Positions 39,449-48,522 are shown, counted from the first letter of the stretch. The stretch: 64,000 bases of DNA from an uncultured Verrucomicrobiae bacterium (GCA_963836755.1 CAWIKF010000002.1:1952001-2016000); one strand, 5' to 3'. A program made the numbers and translations. The notes: a model not told the origin generated them from the sequence alone.

Positions 39449-41569
39449 ATGTTCGGACTCCATCCTGCTGACCTCTTCGTAGTTCTCTGCTGTCTCGCAG
39501 GAGTCATAGGTCTTGGCTGGTGGGCTTCGCGAGGCGTCAAAGAAGAAAAGGACTTTTACCTCGGCGGACGCAAGCTCGGCCGCACTCTCCAGTTTTTTCT
39601 GAGCTTTGGAAACATGACCGATTCTTCCGGCGCACCGACGACCGCCGGGGAGGTGTTCCGGCAAGGCGCCGGAGGTGCATGGATCAGCATGCAGACTTTA
39701 TTCATCACGCCATTCTATTGGTTTTCTACGACGTGGTTCCGCCGGGTCCGGCTAGTCACGATGGCAGACCTTTTTACCGAGCGGCTGAATAGCAAGTCCC
39801 TCGCTACAGCTTATGTCACTTTTAATATCTACATCAGCCTGCTGTTGCTCGGGTTTGGCAATGTCGCTTCTTACAAAGTAGCAGCCGCGATGATGGTGAA
39901 GTCAGCGCATGACTACACTCCAAAGGAGCGCGTCATGGTGCAGAACTACAATGAATACTCCGCGCTAAAGACTGCCTACTCGGCAAACAACCTTCGCCCT
40001 GAACAGAAGGAACGCTACGAGGAACTTGATAGCATGGCGAAGCACGGTGAGTTGAACTCCTTTGTCTCCTATGTGAAACCTTCCGCATTCTACATTAGCT
40101 ATTCCATCGTAGTTGCCATCTACATCACTCTTGGCGGATTGAAGGCGGCGGCGGTTACGGACGCATTGCAAGGCTTGTTGATCCTTGCCTTCACGGTTCT
40201 CACGATACCTTTGGGACTCATGAAGATCGGCGGCTTCCATGGTCTGCACCAGGCAGTGCCGGCCTTTATGTTCAGACTTTTCGGGACGGTCGCCGCGAGC
40301 GATTACGCATGGTATTCAATCATGGCTATCACCTTTACCAGCATGATCCAAATCTTCGGCCTGATGCAAAACATGGCATTGGCTGGTTCTGCGACTAACG
40401 AAAACGCCGCGCGCTTCGGACAGATCACTGGCGCGTTCACCAAGCGCATAGTGATCATCGCGTGGATGCTCTGCGGCCTCATCGCGGTGGCGATGTTCTC
40501 GGGTGGCCTGGCTGATCCAGAGAATGCGTGGGGAGTGATGGCCAGGTCTCTGCTCGGGCCAGGTCTCATGGGCCTGATGCTATCCGGAATGCTGCTAGGA
40601 CACATGCCAGCGGTGGGCAACACTGCCATCGCGGTTGCGGCATTGATCGCGCGCAATATCTATGAGCCGCTCGTCCAGGGGCGATCCGAAAAGCACTACC
40701 TCAAGGTCGGCCAGGCGCTCGTCATTCTAACACTTGCAGCCAGCGTCATATCCTCACTCCTATTTTCCGGGGCGGTCAAGCTCATCACTACAATCATTAC
40801 CTTTAATGTCTTCTTTGGCGCAGTGGTGCTTCTCATCTTTTTTTGGCGAAAACTCAGCGCTGCGGCAGTCTGGATTTCGCTGCTCATCTGGATCATCGTT
40901 ATAGGTATCCTCCCAGCCGTGGTTCCTCGGATGGAAGCGGCGCGACGCGACCCGGCGATGTTGCAAAAGACTTATCCTAGAACTGTAAGCGCACTAGTAG
41001 GTGCCACGAGCGAGGATGTAGCGAAAGGCCTTGCGCCAAAGGTCGGTGAGGCTGTCAAAAAACCTTTCACCATCCCGCCAGTCGCGCTCTACTTTGAAGC
41101 CGTTGCTCGCGCGAACCCGCAGGATTCGCAATCGCCGCTCGAAGGCGTTGGGCGTTTTCAAGTCGAAGCCTACATCCTTCACCTCATTGGCTTCCCGGTG
41201 CGAGACTTCCCGAAAGCGGGACTGCTGGCCGCACGGTGGCTCGTCGATGGCCTTCTACCTTTCATCATGCTCATTGGATTTAGTTTGCTGTTCCCCAGTC
41301 GGCCGCCTTCGACTGAGGACAAGCTTCGAGTCGATGTTTTCTTTGCAAAGCTTAAGACTCCAGTCGCCGCGACTCCCGAGGACGACGACCGCGAAGTTGC
41401 GGAGAACTACAAGGCCCCGCACCGCTTCGACTCCAAGAAACTTTTTCCCGGTTCCGATTGGGAATTCACCAAATGGACGCGCGCGGACTGGCAGGGTTTT
41501 CTTGGCTGCTGGGGAGTCGTGATCCTGATCCTCGGTTTTCTTTGGGGGATCCTCCATATTGGAGCTTGA
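39449..41569 (+). CDS. Sodium:solute symporter family protein
   Basis: DFYLGGR, YITLGGLKAAAVTDALQG; many TMs. Confidence 0.9.
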   Translation: MFGLHPADLFVVLCCLAGVIGLGWWASRGVKEEKDFYLGGRKLGRTLQFFLSFGNMTDSSGAPTTAGEVFRQGAGGAWISMQTLFITPFYWFSTTWFRRVRLVTMADLFTERLNSKSLATAYVTFNIYISLLLLGFGNVASYKVAAAMMVKSAHDYTPKERVMVQNYNEYSALKTAYSANNLRPEQKERYEELDSMAKHGELNSFVSYVKPSAFYISYSIVVAIYITLGGLKAAAVTDALQGLLILAFTVLTIPLGLMKIGGFHGLHQAVPAFMFRLFGTVAASDYAWYSIMAITFTSMIQIFGLMQNMALAGSATNENAARFGQITGAFTKRIVIIAWMLCGLIAVAMFSGGLADPENAWGVMARSLLGPGLMGLMLSGMLLGHMPAVGNTAIAVAALIARNIYEPLVQGRSEKHYLKVGQALVILTLAASVISSLLFSGAVKLITTIITFNVFFGAVVLLIFFWRKLSAAAVWISLLIWIIVIGILPAVVPRMEAARRDPAMLQKTYPRTVSALVGATSEDVAKGLAPKVGEAVKKPFTIPPVALYFEAVARANPQDSQSPLEGVGRFQVEAYILHLIGFPVRDFPKAGLLAARWLVDGLLPFIMLIGFSLLFPSRPPSTEDKLRVDVFFAKLKTPVAATPEDDDREVAENYKAPHRFDSKKLFPGSDWEFTKWTRADWQGFLGCWGVVILILGFLWGILHIGA

Positions 41570-41678
41570 TCGGATTTACAAAAGGGCGGCTCCCGCAGAC
41601 GCTTGAGAAAGTAGCTGAGGCTTTTTGCAAGCGGGTGGGTCGAATCGGCAGGCGATTGTGCTACGTTGATCTGCTGGT

Positions 41679-42308
41679 TTGAAAAACATTGGCTTATCTC
41701 CGATCCCACTGCCGCAAGAAGCGCCGGTAATGGCGCTGCCGCATGCGGTGCTTTTGCCGAACACGCTTTTACCGCTGCACATCTTCGAGCTGCGCTATCA
41801 GCAGATGCTCGAGCATTGTTTGGAACGCGAGCGGATGTTTTGCCTCGCAATGATGCGGCCGGGCGTGACCGAAGCGTATAGCGTCGACGACCTTTACGCG
41901 ATCGCGGGACTCGGACTGGTGCGAGCGAGTGTGGCAGCGGAGGACGGAACGTCGAACCTTGTTCTGCGCGGATTGGCGCGAGTGGAGTTGCTCGAATTCG
42001 TGCAAGAGGAACCATTCCGCATTGCGCGGCTGCGGGAGGTGAAATCAGAAATGCCGAACGTGGTCGAGGCCGAGGCGCTTGGGACAAAAGTGCTGGAACT
42101 TTGCAGCCAACTCGAGGCGCGCGGCCTGGAGCTGCCGGCGGCGCTGAAAGGTCCGGCCCCGCATCTCTCGCAACCGGATGCGCTCGCGGACATTGTCGCC
42201 GGAGCGTGCTTGCGTGATCCTTATCAGCGCCAGCAGTTGCTGGAATGCGGCGCGGTGAGCGAGCGGCTGCGTTTGCTGATCAAATATCTGCGCGGTGTGA
42301 TGGAGTAA
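41679..42308 (+). CDS. Stand-alone Lon N-terminal (substrate-binding) domain protein
   Basis: VLLPNTLLPLHIFELRYQQM...GLARV. Confidence 0.88.
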   Translation: MKNIGLSPIPLPQEAPVMALPHAVLLPNTLLPLHIFELRYQQMLEHCLERERMFCLAMMRPGVTEAYSVDDLYAIAGLGLVRASVAAEDGTSNLVLRGLARVELLEFVQEEPFRIARLREVKSEMPNVVEAEALGTKVLELCSQLEARGLELPAALKGPAPHLSQPDALADIVAGACLRDPYQRQQLLECGAVSERLRLLIKYLRGVME

Positions 42309-42325
42309 AACCGCGGGAGGCCGCA

Positions 42326-43525
42326 CTATTCCTTGATCCGAGTCAGAACGAACCCCGCTTTCCGCAGCGCCGGCTGCATTCCGTCGCGCAAAAACAAGCG
42401 TTCATGTTCGTCCAGCAGATAGCGATCGGTCATGCCGGAGAGATAATCACAAACCGTTCGGTGCAATCCGTCTCTCTTCATGCGATTTGACGTCGCGACG
42501 CCAAGTAGTTTTGGATCTTTGATGTAAGCCCCGAAAACGTTGCGCAGCATCGCGCACGCGTGCTGGTTCACGCCGGCGACGCGCGGGTGCAGGTAGAGAT
42601 TTTTGTAGAGAAATTTCCGCAGTTTGCGGTTCGCCTGCAGCAGCCGCGAACTGTAGCGGATGAGCGGTTTTTTTTGCCGCCGCACCGCATCGACGCTCTG
42701 CGCGCCGGAGTCGTCAATCAGCTCGGCGCTGGTCGTGATCACGTCCTGCACCTGTCGGTCGATGATGCAGCGAATGACATAGGTCGTGAGCGCGCGGCCC
42801 TTGAGCTTTGGAAAATCTCTGCGCACCTGCTCGTAACTTTCACGCCATGCCTCGAGCTCTGCGAGCTGCTTCGGGTGGATCAAGTCAAACTCGAGCCCGT
42901 CATCGAGATCGTGCGAGTAATAAGTGATCTCGTCCGCGAGATTCGCAATCTGCGCCTCGAGCGAAGGACTCGAATATTTCTCGGCCGAATTTTTCGCGGG
43001 AACTTCGTAAAACTTGTCGTGCTTTTTCAAGCCCTCGAGCACTTCGTGCGAAAGATTCAGCCCCGCAAATTTCGGATACTTTGTTTCGATCACCTCGACG
43101 ATCCGCACGCTCTGCGTGTTGTGCTCAAAGCCGCCATGCGTCTCCATCAGCGCGTTGAGTTCATCCTCGCCGGAATGGCCGAACGGCGCATGACCGAGGT
43201 CATGCGCGAGCGCGATCGTCTCCGCGAGATCCTCATTTAAGGCCAGCGCGCGGGCGATCGTGCGCGAGATCGACGCGACCTCGATCGTGTGCGTGAGCCG
43301 CGTGCGCAGATGATCGCCGGTGCCGTTGAGAAAGACCTGCGTTTTGTATTCGAGCCGCCGGAAGGCGCGCGAATGGATGATCCGCGCCTTGTCGCGCTGA
43401 TATTCGGTGCGGAAAGGATGCCTCGGCTCGTGGTGCAGTCGGCCTGCGGAGTCGGCCGACTTTTGCGCGTAAGGCGCCAGCATCGCCTGCTCCTGCCGCT
43501 CGATGTCCTCTCGCGTTTTTAGCAT
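42326..43525 (-). CDS. dgt: Deoxyguanosinetriphosphate triphosphohydrolase (HD family)
   Basis: RRLEYKTQV, RTRLTHT, HDLGHAPFGHSGE, DYLSGMTD. Confidence 0.93.
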   Translation of the reverse strand: MLKTREDIERQEQAMLAPYAQKSADSAGRLHHEPRHPFRTEYQRDKARIIHSRAFRRLEYKTQVFLNGTGDHLRTRLTHTIEVASISRTIARALALNEDLAETIALAHDLGHAPFGHSGEDELNALMETHGGFEHNTQSVRIVEVIETKYPKFAGLNLSHEVLEGLKKHDKFYEVPAKNSAEKYSSPSLEAQIANLADEITYYSHDLDDGLEFDLIHPKQLAELEAWRESYEQVRRDFPKLKGRALTTYVIRCIIDRQVQDVITTSAELIDDSGAQSVDAVRRQKKPLIRYSSRLLQANRKLRKFLYKNLYLHPRVAGVNQHACAMLRNVFGAYIKDPKLLGVATSNRMKRDGLHRTVCDYLSGMTDRYLLDEHERLFLRDGMQPALRKAGFVLTRIKE

Positions 43526-43535
43526 GCGCGCATGA

Positions 43536-43850
43536 CTAGACATCATCGCCATCCGGGGCGCCAAGAATTTCCGATTTTAAGCGTCGCCGTTCGCGCGCGG
43601 CTTGCGTGCGCACTGCAAGCAAATCGTAAATCGCGAGCAGCACCGCGCAGAGCGTGAGCCATCCGCAGACCGCCCAATAACAGACAAAGACGAACGGATG
43701 ATCCATGAGCGTGCTGTTCAAAAAAGTAGCGCCGCAAAAAAGGAGGACCAGCGCGATGACGAGCCCGAAAAACATCAACGAGCGCCTCGTCTGCTGGCTG
43801 CGGATCGCGCCGCGCGTGACCGCGATGACGAGAGGAGCCTGATCGCGCAT
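43536..43850 (-). CDS. Small two-TM membrane protein
   Basis: 104 aa with two hydrophobic segments, upstream of dgt. Confidence 0.7.
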   Translation of the reverse strand: MRDQAPLVIAVTRGAIRSQQTRRSLMFFGLVIALVLLFCGATFLNSTLMDHPFVFVCYWAVCGWLTLCAVLLAIYDLLAVRTQAARERRRLKSEILGAPDGDDV

Positions 43851-43925
43851 GCAGGCACTTTACAAAGCGAGCGAGGAAATGCCATCCGCGCAGCAAACTT
43901 TTCCAGAACGGAGTCATGCTCGAAA

Positions 43926-43944
43926 TGCGCGATACAGTTCGAAC
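43926..43944 (-). repeat. att-like direct repeat of the tRNA-Val 3' end
   Basis: 19 identities with a 2-nt deletion relative to 49032-49052. Confidence 0.8.
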
Positions 43945-44240
43945 GTATAGACAAATCGAGTATTCATCAGGGTTTGCGGGTAGGGGTGTCACTGAGAGCG
44001 TCACACGCCGAGGAGTTTTCTCAAGACGTGCGAGAAGTCATTGCGCTTTGGCAATGTCTTCTCCCTGAAATAAAGGCGGCGGTCTTGACGGTGGCGCGGA
44101 CTGGATTCGACCTCGCAAGTGCGTCCCGAACCATAGCGCTGGCCCGGTTCCGCGCTTGGTGAAAACGGCACACCGAAAGATTTCGACTCGGGGCAATTCC
44201 GCGCCGCGCCGGAAAACAAAGTAAAAAAGAAAGAAAAAAT

Positions 44241-44513
44241 ATGAAATTCCATGTTCAAGTTCGCGCGGACGTGCCGAACACGTTTGCCAAGAAAAACGGG
44301 GACAAGGTGCAAGAGCGATTGCTCACCTGCATCGACCGCACGCCTGATGCAATGGTGGCCGATACCTTCGAGGTCCTGGCCGCGAATCTCCCGTTCAGCG
44401 AAGCGGGGTCACTCGTCGGCAAAACCGCCGAGCTGCACGTCACGCAGATGACGCCGCGCAATGTCGGTGTCCGGCTTCACGCGAAGGTGTTCGCTAATCC
44501 CGCGAGCAAGTAA
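44241..44513 (+). CDS. Small beta-rich protein, putative ssDNA-binding protein (phage/plasmid type)
   Basis: 90 aa; A-rich leader; TFAKKNGD hairpin-like segment; precedes a Rep-like fragment. Confidence 0.5.
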   Translation: MKFHVQVRADVPNTFAKKNGDKVQERLLTCIDRTPDAMVADTFEVLAANLPFSEAGSLVGKTAELHVTQMTPRNVGVRLHAKVFANPASK

Positions 44514-44533
44514 TCGAAACGCTTTAATCTCAA

Positions 44534-44644
44534 ATGAAACATCCGGAGTCGTGGGCGGTCGGCCAGATACCATGGCAATTCTTCTGCACGTTGACCTGGG
44601 CCAATGAGGGGTCGTTTAAGCGGCCATTCAGCCCGTGCCGCTGA
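44534..44644 (+). pseudogene. Truncated rolling-circle Rep-like N-terminus
   Basis: MKHPESWAVGQIPWQFFCTLTWANEGSFKRPFSPCR*; F-x-TLT resembles HUH Rep motif I. Confidence 0.5.
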
Positions 44645-44694
44645 AGTTCGAGATCGAGAAGTAGGCGCGCGGGCCGGCTGCCGTCGGCTAACTT

Positions 44695-45846
44695 TTACGC
44701 TAACGAAACGGTAACTCTTTTACTGCCCTGGCTGGCCGACGCATAGATGCCTTCCAGGATGCGGATGTCGCGCAGACCCATCTCGCCGGGACAGGCAAAG
44801 GGCTGCTTGGTCCGAATCGCCTCGGCGAAATGATCGTGGAGCACGGCGAGTTGCATGGTGCCGGCCAGATCGGGACTGGTGCCGTCCGGTAGTGTCAGCT
44901 TCATTGGAGCAGGTTTCGCATGGGCGCTCTGCGAGAAGGATGTGCAGGAAAAAGTTCCGTGTTCCGCATGCACTGCGAATTCTCCTTTGCCACCAGCGTA
45001 GCTAGCGCGGCCTTCATGAGTCACGCCGCCCGGGTATTCAAAGTTTACCTTCATCGTTTCCTCGATGTCTGCCGAGTATCCCGGATCAGTAGAGCTAGGA
45101 AAGGCTGTGACTGCGACGGGTGTCGAACCAGTGATATAACAACCGGCCTGGATGCTATAGACGCCGGTATCAAACATAGCCCCGCCTCCTGCCAGTTTCT
45201 TATCCCACAGCCATGGCTTACCATTCCCGCGATGCCATGAGAACTCCGTCGAGAGGGACCTGACAGCGCCATAGACCTTGTCGTGGGATAGTCGCATCAT
45301 CTCCAAATGGTGCGGCTCGAAGTGGAGGCGGTAATCCACCGCAAGGTATCGGTCGGCCTTTCGCGCCGCATCGATCATGCTCTGGCATTCCTTGCTGCTG
45401 ATCGCCATCGGCTTCTCACACATGACATGCTTGCCCGCGTTTAGTGCGGCAATGGTGTGCGCTGCGTGAAGACCATTCGGAGTTACCACGTGGACGATAT
45501 CGATGTCCTTGTTGTCCGCCATGCGCGGCATCTGATCGTAGGTAAAGATGTTCGCCTCAGGGAAGCCATACTGCGCGGCGTAGCGGCGTCCTTTGCCCGC
45601 GGGATCGCCGGTGACAACTCCGGCAAAGTAGACATTCTGTGACAAAGCGAGTTCCGGTGCGATGCTGGCCCCGCTGAATCCGCCGAGACCTACTAACACC
45701 ACACCTAGCTTCCCTTTGCGTCGCTGCTCCGCAAAGGGTTCCGGTGCCGAAAAAGTTCTTCGTGGAAATCCTAAAAGTGTCGTTGCCGATAAAGTCAGCG
45801 CACCTTTGATGAAAGTGCGCCGGGTAGAAGAGGGGAGTGGTTTCAT
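44695..45846 (-). CDS. Tat-exported Gfo/Idh/MocA oxidoreductase (glucose-fructose oxidoreductase-like)
   Basis: TRRTFIK Tat motif; VGLG; AGKHVMCEKP. Confidence 0.9.
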   Translation of the reverse strand: MKPLPSSTRRTFIKGALTLSATTLLGFPRRTFSAPEPFAEQRRKGKLGVVLVGLGGFSGASIAPELALSQNVYFAGVVTGDPAGKGRRYAAQYGFPEANIFTYDQMPRMADNKDIDIVHVVTPNGLHAAHTIAALNAGKHVMCEKPMAISSKECQSMIDAARKADRYLAVDYRLHFEPHHLEMMRLSHDKVYGAVRSLSTEFSWHRGNGKPWLWDKKLAGGGAMFDTGVYSIQAGCYITGSTPVAVTAFPSSTDPGYSADIEETMKVNFEYPGGVTHEGRASYAGGKGEFAVHAEHGTFSCTSFSQSAHAKPAPMKLTLPDGTSPDLAGTMQLAVLHDHFAEAIRTKQPFACPGEMGLRDIRILEGIYASASQGSKRVTVSLA

Positions 45847-45921
45847 AGATGGTAAGGCCGCAAGTGAAGTATTCCCTATATCAAGCCGATACATCTCAAC
45901 GATCTTTTTCGAAAGCTCCTT

Positions 45922-47019
45922 CTACTTCGTCTCCGCCTTGTAGCCGTGCCACAGCCATTCCAAGGCTTCCGGCAAAGTCTCACGCTTCACACCTTGATCC
46001 ACATGCCCGGCGTTTTGCGCGAAGACAAATTGGTAATGGTAACCTTTCGCCGCCAGCACCCGCGCCATGTCTTCATTGGCGCCGACCCAGTCATGCATCC
46101 CATCGCGCATGATGTTTGGATTCAGTAAATCGCGGTCGCCCACTTCCATCCAGATGCGCAGCGGCTTTGCGGGGCTGTTAGGAATCAAGTGCTCGTGAAA
46201 TTCCCACGCGCCGTGCGGTGTCTCCGCGCTCGGCGGCCATTGCTGGTTCACGAAAGTGCCGGAGTAAGTCAGCACGCGGCGAAAAAGTTCCGGATGATAC
46301 CACGCCATGATCAGCGCGCACGAGCCGCCGGAGCTGCCGCCCATCGTCGCGCGCCCTTCCGGGTCTTTGGTCAGCTTCACGCCGCAATTCTTCTCCACCA
46401 ACGGCAGCACCTCACTCTCCACGAACTCCGCATACTTGCCCGACATCGTGTCGTATTCCAATCCGCGCTCGCTGCCCTGCGCGTCGCCGCTGCCATTACC
46501 GATGGAGATCGCAATCATCACCGGCACGCGCTTCTCACCAATCAAGTGATCTAGCGCCGCGAATGAAAGACGGTCCGGCCCATCCGCCCCCACGATGAAA
46601 GGCGCGGCCGTGCCGGCGACATATTGACTGGGAATGTAAACCGCCACGCGGCGCGTGTAAGGAGCCGGATGGCTCGTCGTCACCACCAGCTTCGCCGGAT
46701 CGGCGGGGTCGGGCGCGCCAAACGTCTTAGGATCGCGCGCGATGCCGGGAAAAATTTTGCTGTCCGCCGAGCTCATCGTGAACTCCACGACCTTTCCCTG
46801 CGTAATGGCGGTTCCCGTCAATTCCGGCGCTGGCGGATGCGTCGGGCCGAGGATGAAATTCCCATCCACATCGGCAGGCGGCACCGTGCCATCCGGCAGC
46901 ACCTTCGCAGGCACGCTCCCCGGCGCGTGCGGATCGCGCGTGGGCGCGGCGGGACGCGCAGTCGTCGTAATGGCGAGACTGGCGATGCCAGCGAGAATCA
47001 AAAATGGACGCAGATGCAT
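45922..47019 (-). CDS. Secreted alpha/beta-hydrolase (Fes/enterochelin esterase-like)
   Basis: Signal peptide; ERGLEYD; GGSSGG nucleophile elbow. Confidence 0.88.
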   Translation of the reverse strand: MHLRPFLILAGIASLAITTTARPAAPTRDPHAPGSVPAKVLPDGTVPPADVDGNFILGPTHPPAPELTGTAITQGKVVEFTMSSADSKIFPGIARDPKTFGAPDPADPAKLVVTTSHPAPYTRRVAVYIPSQYVAGTAAPFIVGADGPDRLSFAALDHLIGEKRVPVMIAISIGNGSGDAQGSERGLEYDTMSGKYAEFVESEVLPLVEKNCGVKLTKDPEGRATMGGSSGGSCALIMAWYHPELFRRVLTYSGTFVNQQWPPSAETPHGAWEFHEHLIPNSPAKPLRIWMEVGDRDLLNPNIMRDGMHDWVGANEDMARVLAAKGYHYQFVFAQNAGHVDQGVKRETLPEALEWLWHGYKAETK

Positions 47020-47113
47020 CGGGCGCGGCACCTGCCGGCGGGTGTAAAGGGGACGGTGGTCTGTCGCAGGTGCCCTGACTGCGGAGCCTGCTAGCTGCAT
47101 CGCATGGTTAGGT
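47020..47113 (-). repeat. Truncated integron attC site
   Basis: ACCTAAC CATGC GATGCAGC (R''/L'') plus inner GGCACCTGC/GCAGGTGCC stem; L'/R' half missing. Confidence 0.65.
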
Positions 47114-47129
47114 GCATTGGTGGAATTGC

Positions 47130-47339
47130 TCACTCGGCGAAACAGTCGCTGTCGATCTTCTTGATCTCGTATGTGGATACAATGGAGACTCCCAAACTAA
47201 AGTCGATCATCATCTCCGCAAGCTGAGTGCCGTCGATGAGAACAATCTTGCTTCCGATAGTAGAAACGTAGTCGCGGGCGTTGTCCGTGAAGGTGGACGT
47301 AGTAATGTAAATCCCTTTGTTGGCTCGTTGGCCTTGCAC
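47130..47339 (-). pseudogene. mrr: C-terminal fragment of an Mrr restriction endonuclease (gene cassette)
   Basis: QGQRANKGIYITTSTFT...IVLIDGTQLAEMMIDFSLGV...KKIDSDCF; the catalytic N-terminal part is absent. Confidence 0.85.
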
Positions 47340-47348
47340 GGCTTATGC

Positions 47349-47472
47349 GCCTAACGACCCCAAGCTCAGCGACTGCGGAGGCTGGCGCGCTGGCTGCATG
47401 GGGGCGGAAAGGCGGAGGCTGCAAGCAGCCAGCGTGACAGCCGGAGCAGTTCGCTGCAGCGCATGGTTAGGC
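47349..47472 (-). repeat. Integron attC site (124 bp)
   Basis: GCCTAAC...GCTGCAGC...GCTGAGC...GTTAGGC imperfect palindrome; HNH stop codon lies inside R''. Confidence 0.9.
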
Positions 47473-48324
47473 CATTTGCTCGAATTCATGGAATCGTCGG
47501 TGCCATTGCAGGTATGCACGTGTGGGCTGTGGTAAGTCGGACAGCTTGGCCGCGGATGGGATGCCGATTGCGTTGCGGTCAGCGAGGGAAAAGTGCGGCG
47601 AAAAGATCATCTCGCCGATGTCCGAGAACGAAATAAGTCCGTGCTCGAACGCAAGGTCGATGTGTCCCGCGAGGATTATGCCATTGTTGGCGTCAAGGCG
47701 TTCGGCGGTGCTAGACTGTGACACACGCTTGATGTGGGCCGCACGCAGAAGGCGTCTATCTCGGCAGCCAGTGACGACGCAAGCAGGGCCACACCGATCC
47801 TCGACCCGTTTTCGCCAGTGTTGTTGCCAGAAACGACGCGAGGAAACCGTTCCAAACGTGGTAATGCTATCGTCTGCTTTCTGAATCTCTTCCGGCGTGA
47901 GTTCTTGCCATGAACGATTTGAATCGGTCTCGCTATCCTCCCAAGGCACCAATGTCCCATCCTGTGCTTTGCGGAACAAACATCCAATGACGTCTGCTAG
48001 GAGGGCGTAATGTTCTTTGTTTGGCTGTTTGACGACGCCATTCTTTTCATCAACGAGAATTGGGAAGCGATTCCGTAAGCCGGTTTTCCTGTCTTCGGTC
48101 CATTCTAGTATTCCGGGAGCCGCCTCAGACGGATCGAACTCTGAAGCCAAGCTCCGCCTAGCAAGTGAAGCAGCGTATGTGAGAGATTCGCGAAGGTATT
48201 TGTCGATTCGCGATCGACCATCGCCCTGAAAAGCCCGGAAATGTCGCTGACACTTGCCAACGGGATCGGTCAAATACGCACCTCGGGCTCCCAACTCTTC
48301 GCATACGTCGTGATACGTGCTCAT
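47467..48324 (-). CDS. HNH endonuclease (putative restriction-type), integron cassette
   Basis: CVVTG...LLRAAHIK...DANNGIIL..HIDLAFEHGLISF...YLQWHR; flanked by attC sites. Confidence 0.88.
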   Translation of the reverse strand: MSTYHDVCEELGARGAYLTDPVGKCQRHFRAFQGDGRSRIDKYLRESLTYAASLARRSLASEFDPSEAAPGILEWTEDRKTGLRNRFPILVDEKNGVVKQPNKEHYALLADVIGCLFRKAQDGTLVPWEDSETDSNRSWQELTPEEIQKADDSITTFGTVSSRRFWQQHWRKRVEDRCGPACVVTGCRDRRLLRAAHIKRVSQSSTAERLDANNGIILAGHIDLAFEHGLISFSDIGEMIFSPHFSLADRNAIGIPSAAKLSDLPQPTRAYLQWHRRFHEFEQMA

Positions 48325-48333
48325 CGGTTATTG

Positions 48334-48435
48334 GCCTAACGAATCCAAGCTCAGCGACGGAGGCTGGCGACGCAAGACGAAACCACGAAAGAGACCCCAC
48401 CGCCAGCCTCTGTTCGCTGGAGCGCGTGGTTAGGT
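48334..48435 (-). repeat. Integron attC site (102 bp)
   Basis: ACCTAAC CACGC GCTCCAGC...GAGGCTGGCG/CGCCAGCCTC stem...GCTGAGC TTGGATTC GTTAGGC. Confidence 0.9.
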
Positions 48436-48522
48436 GCCGTGGGCTTCGATTGGAGCGTGAAGATAGAACTCATTAAATCGTTCAATTTGGCTTGGACGCT
48501 ATCAAACCCAGATTCTCTCGTT

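Noticed and set aside
41630..41650. GGGTCGAATC as a possible att copy of tRNA-Lys
   Set aside because: Too short and divergent from GGGTTCGAGTCCCTCCCAACCC.
42326..43525. dGTPase as an anti-phage system
   Set aside because: It has host-like composition, lies outside the att repeat and looks like the ordinary housekeeping family.
43988..44004. GTCAC direct repeats as integrase arm sites
   Set aside because: Only 5 bp; plausible by position but not distinguishable from chance.
45922..47133. 403-aa esterase call starting MSNSTNAPNHAMQLAG
   Set aside because: The extension is read-through of the attC sequence; the signal peptide begins at ATG 47019.
47020..48435. Repeats as a possible CRISPR array
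   Set aside because: The repeats are 100-125 bp imperfect palindromes separated by whole ORFs, not constant short spacers. There are no cas genes and they fit attC.
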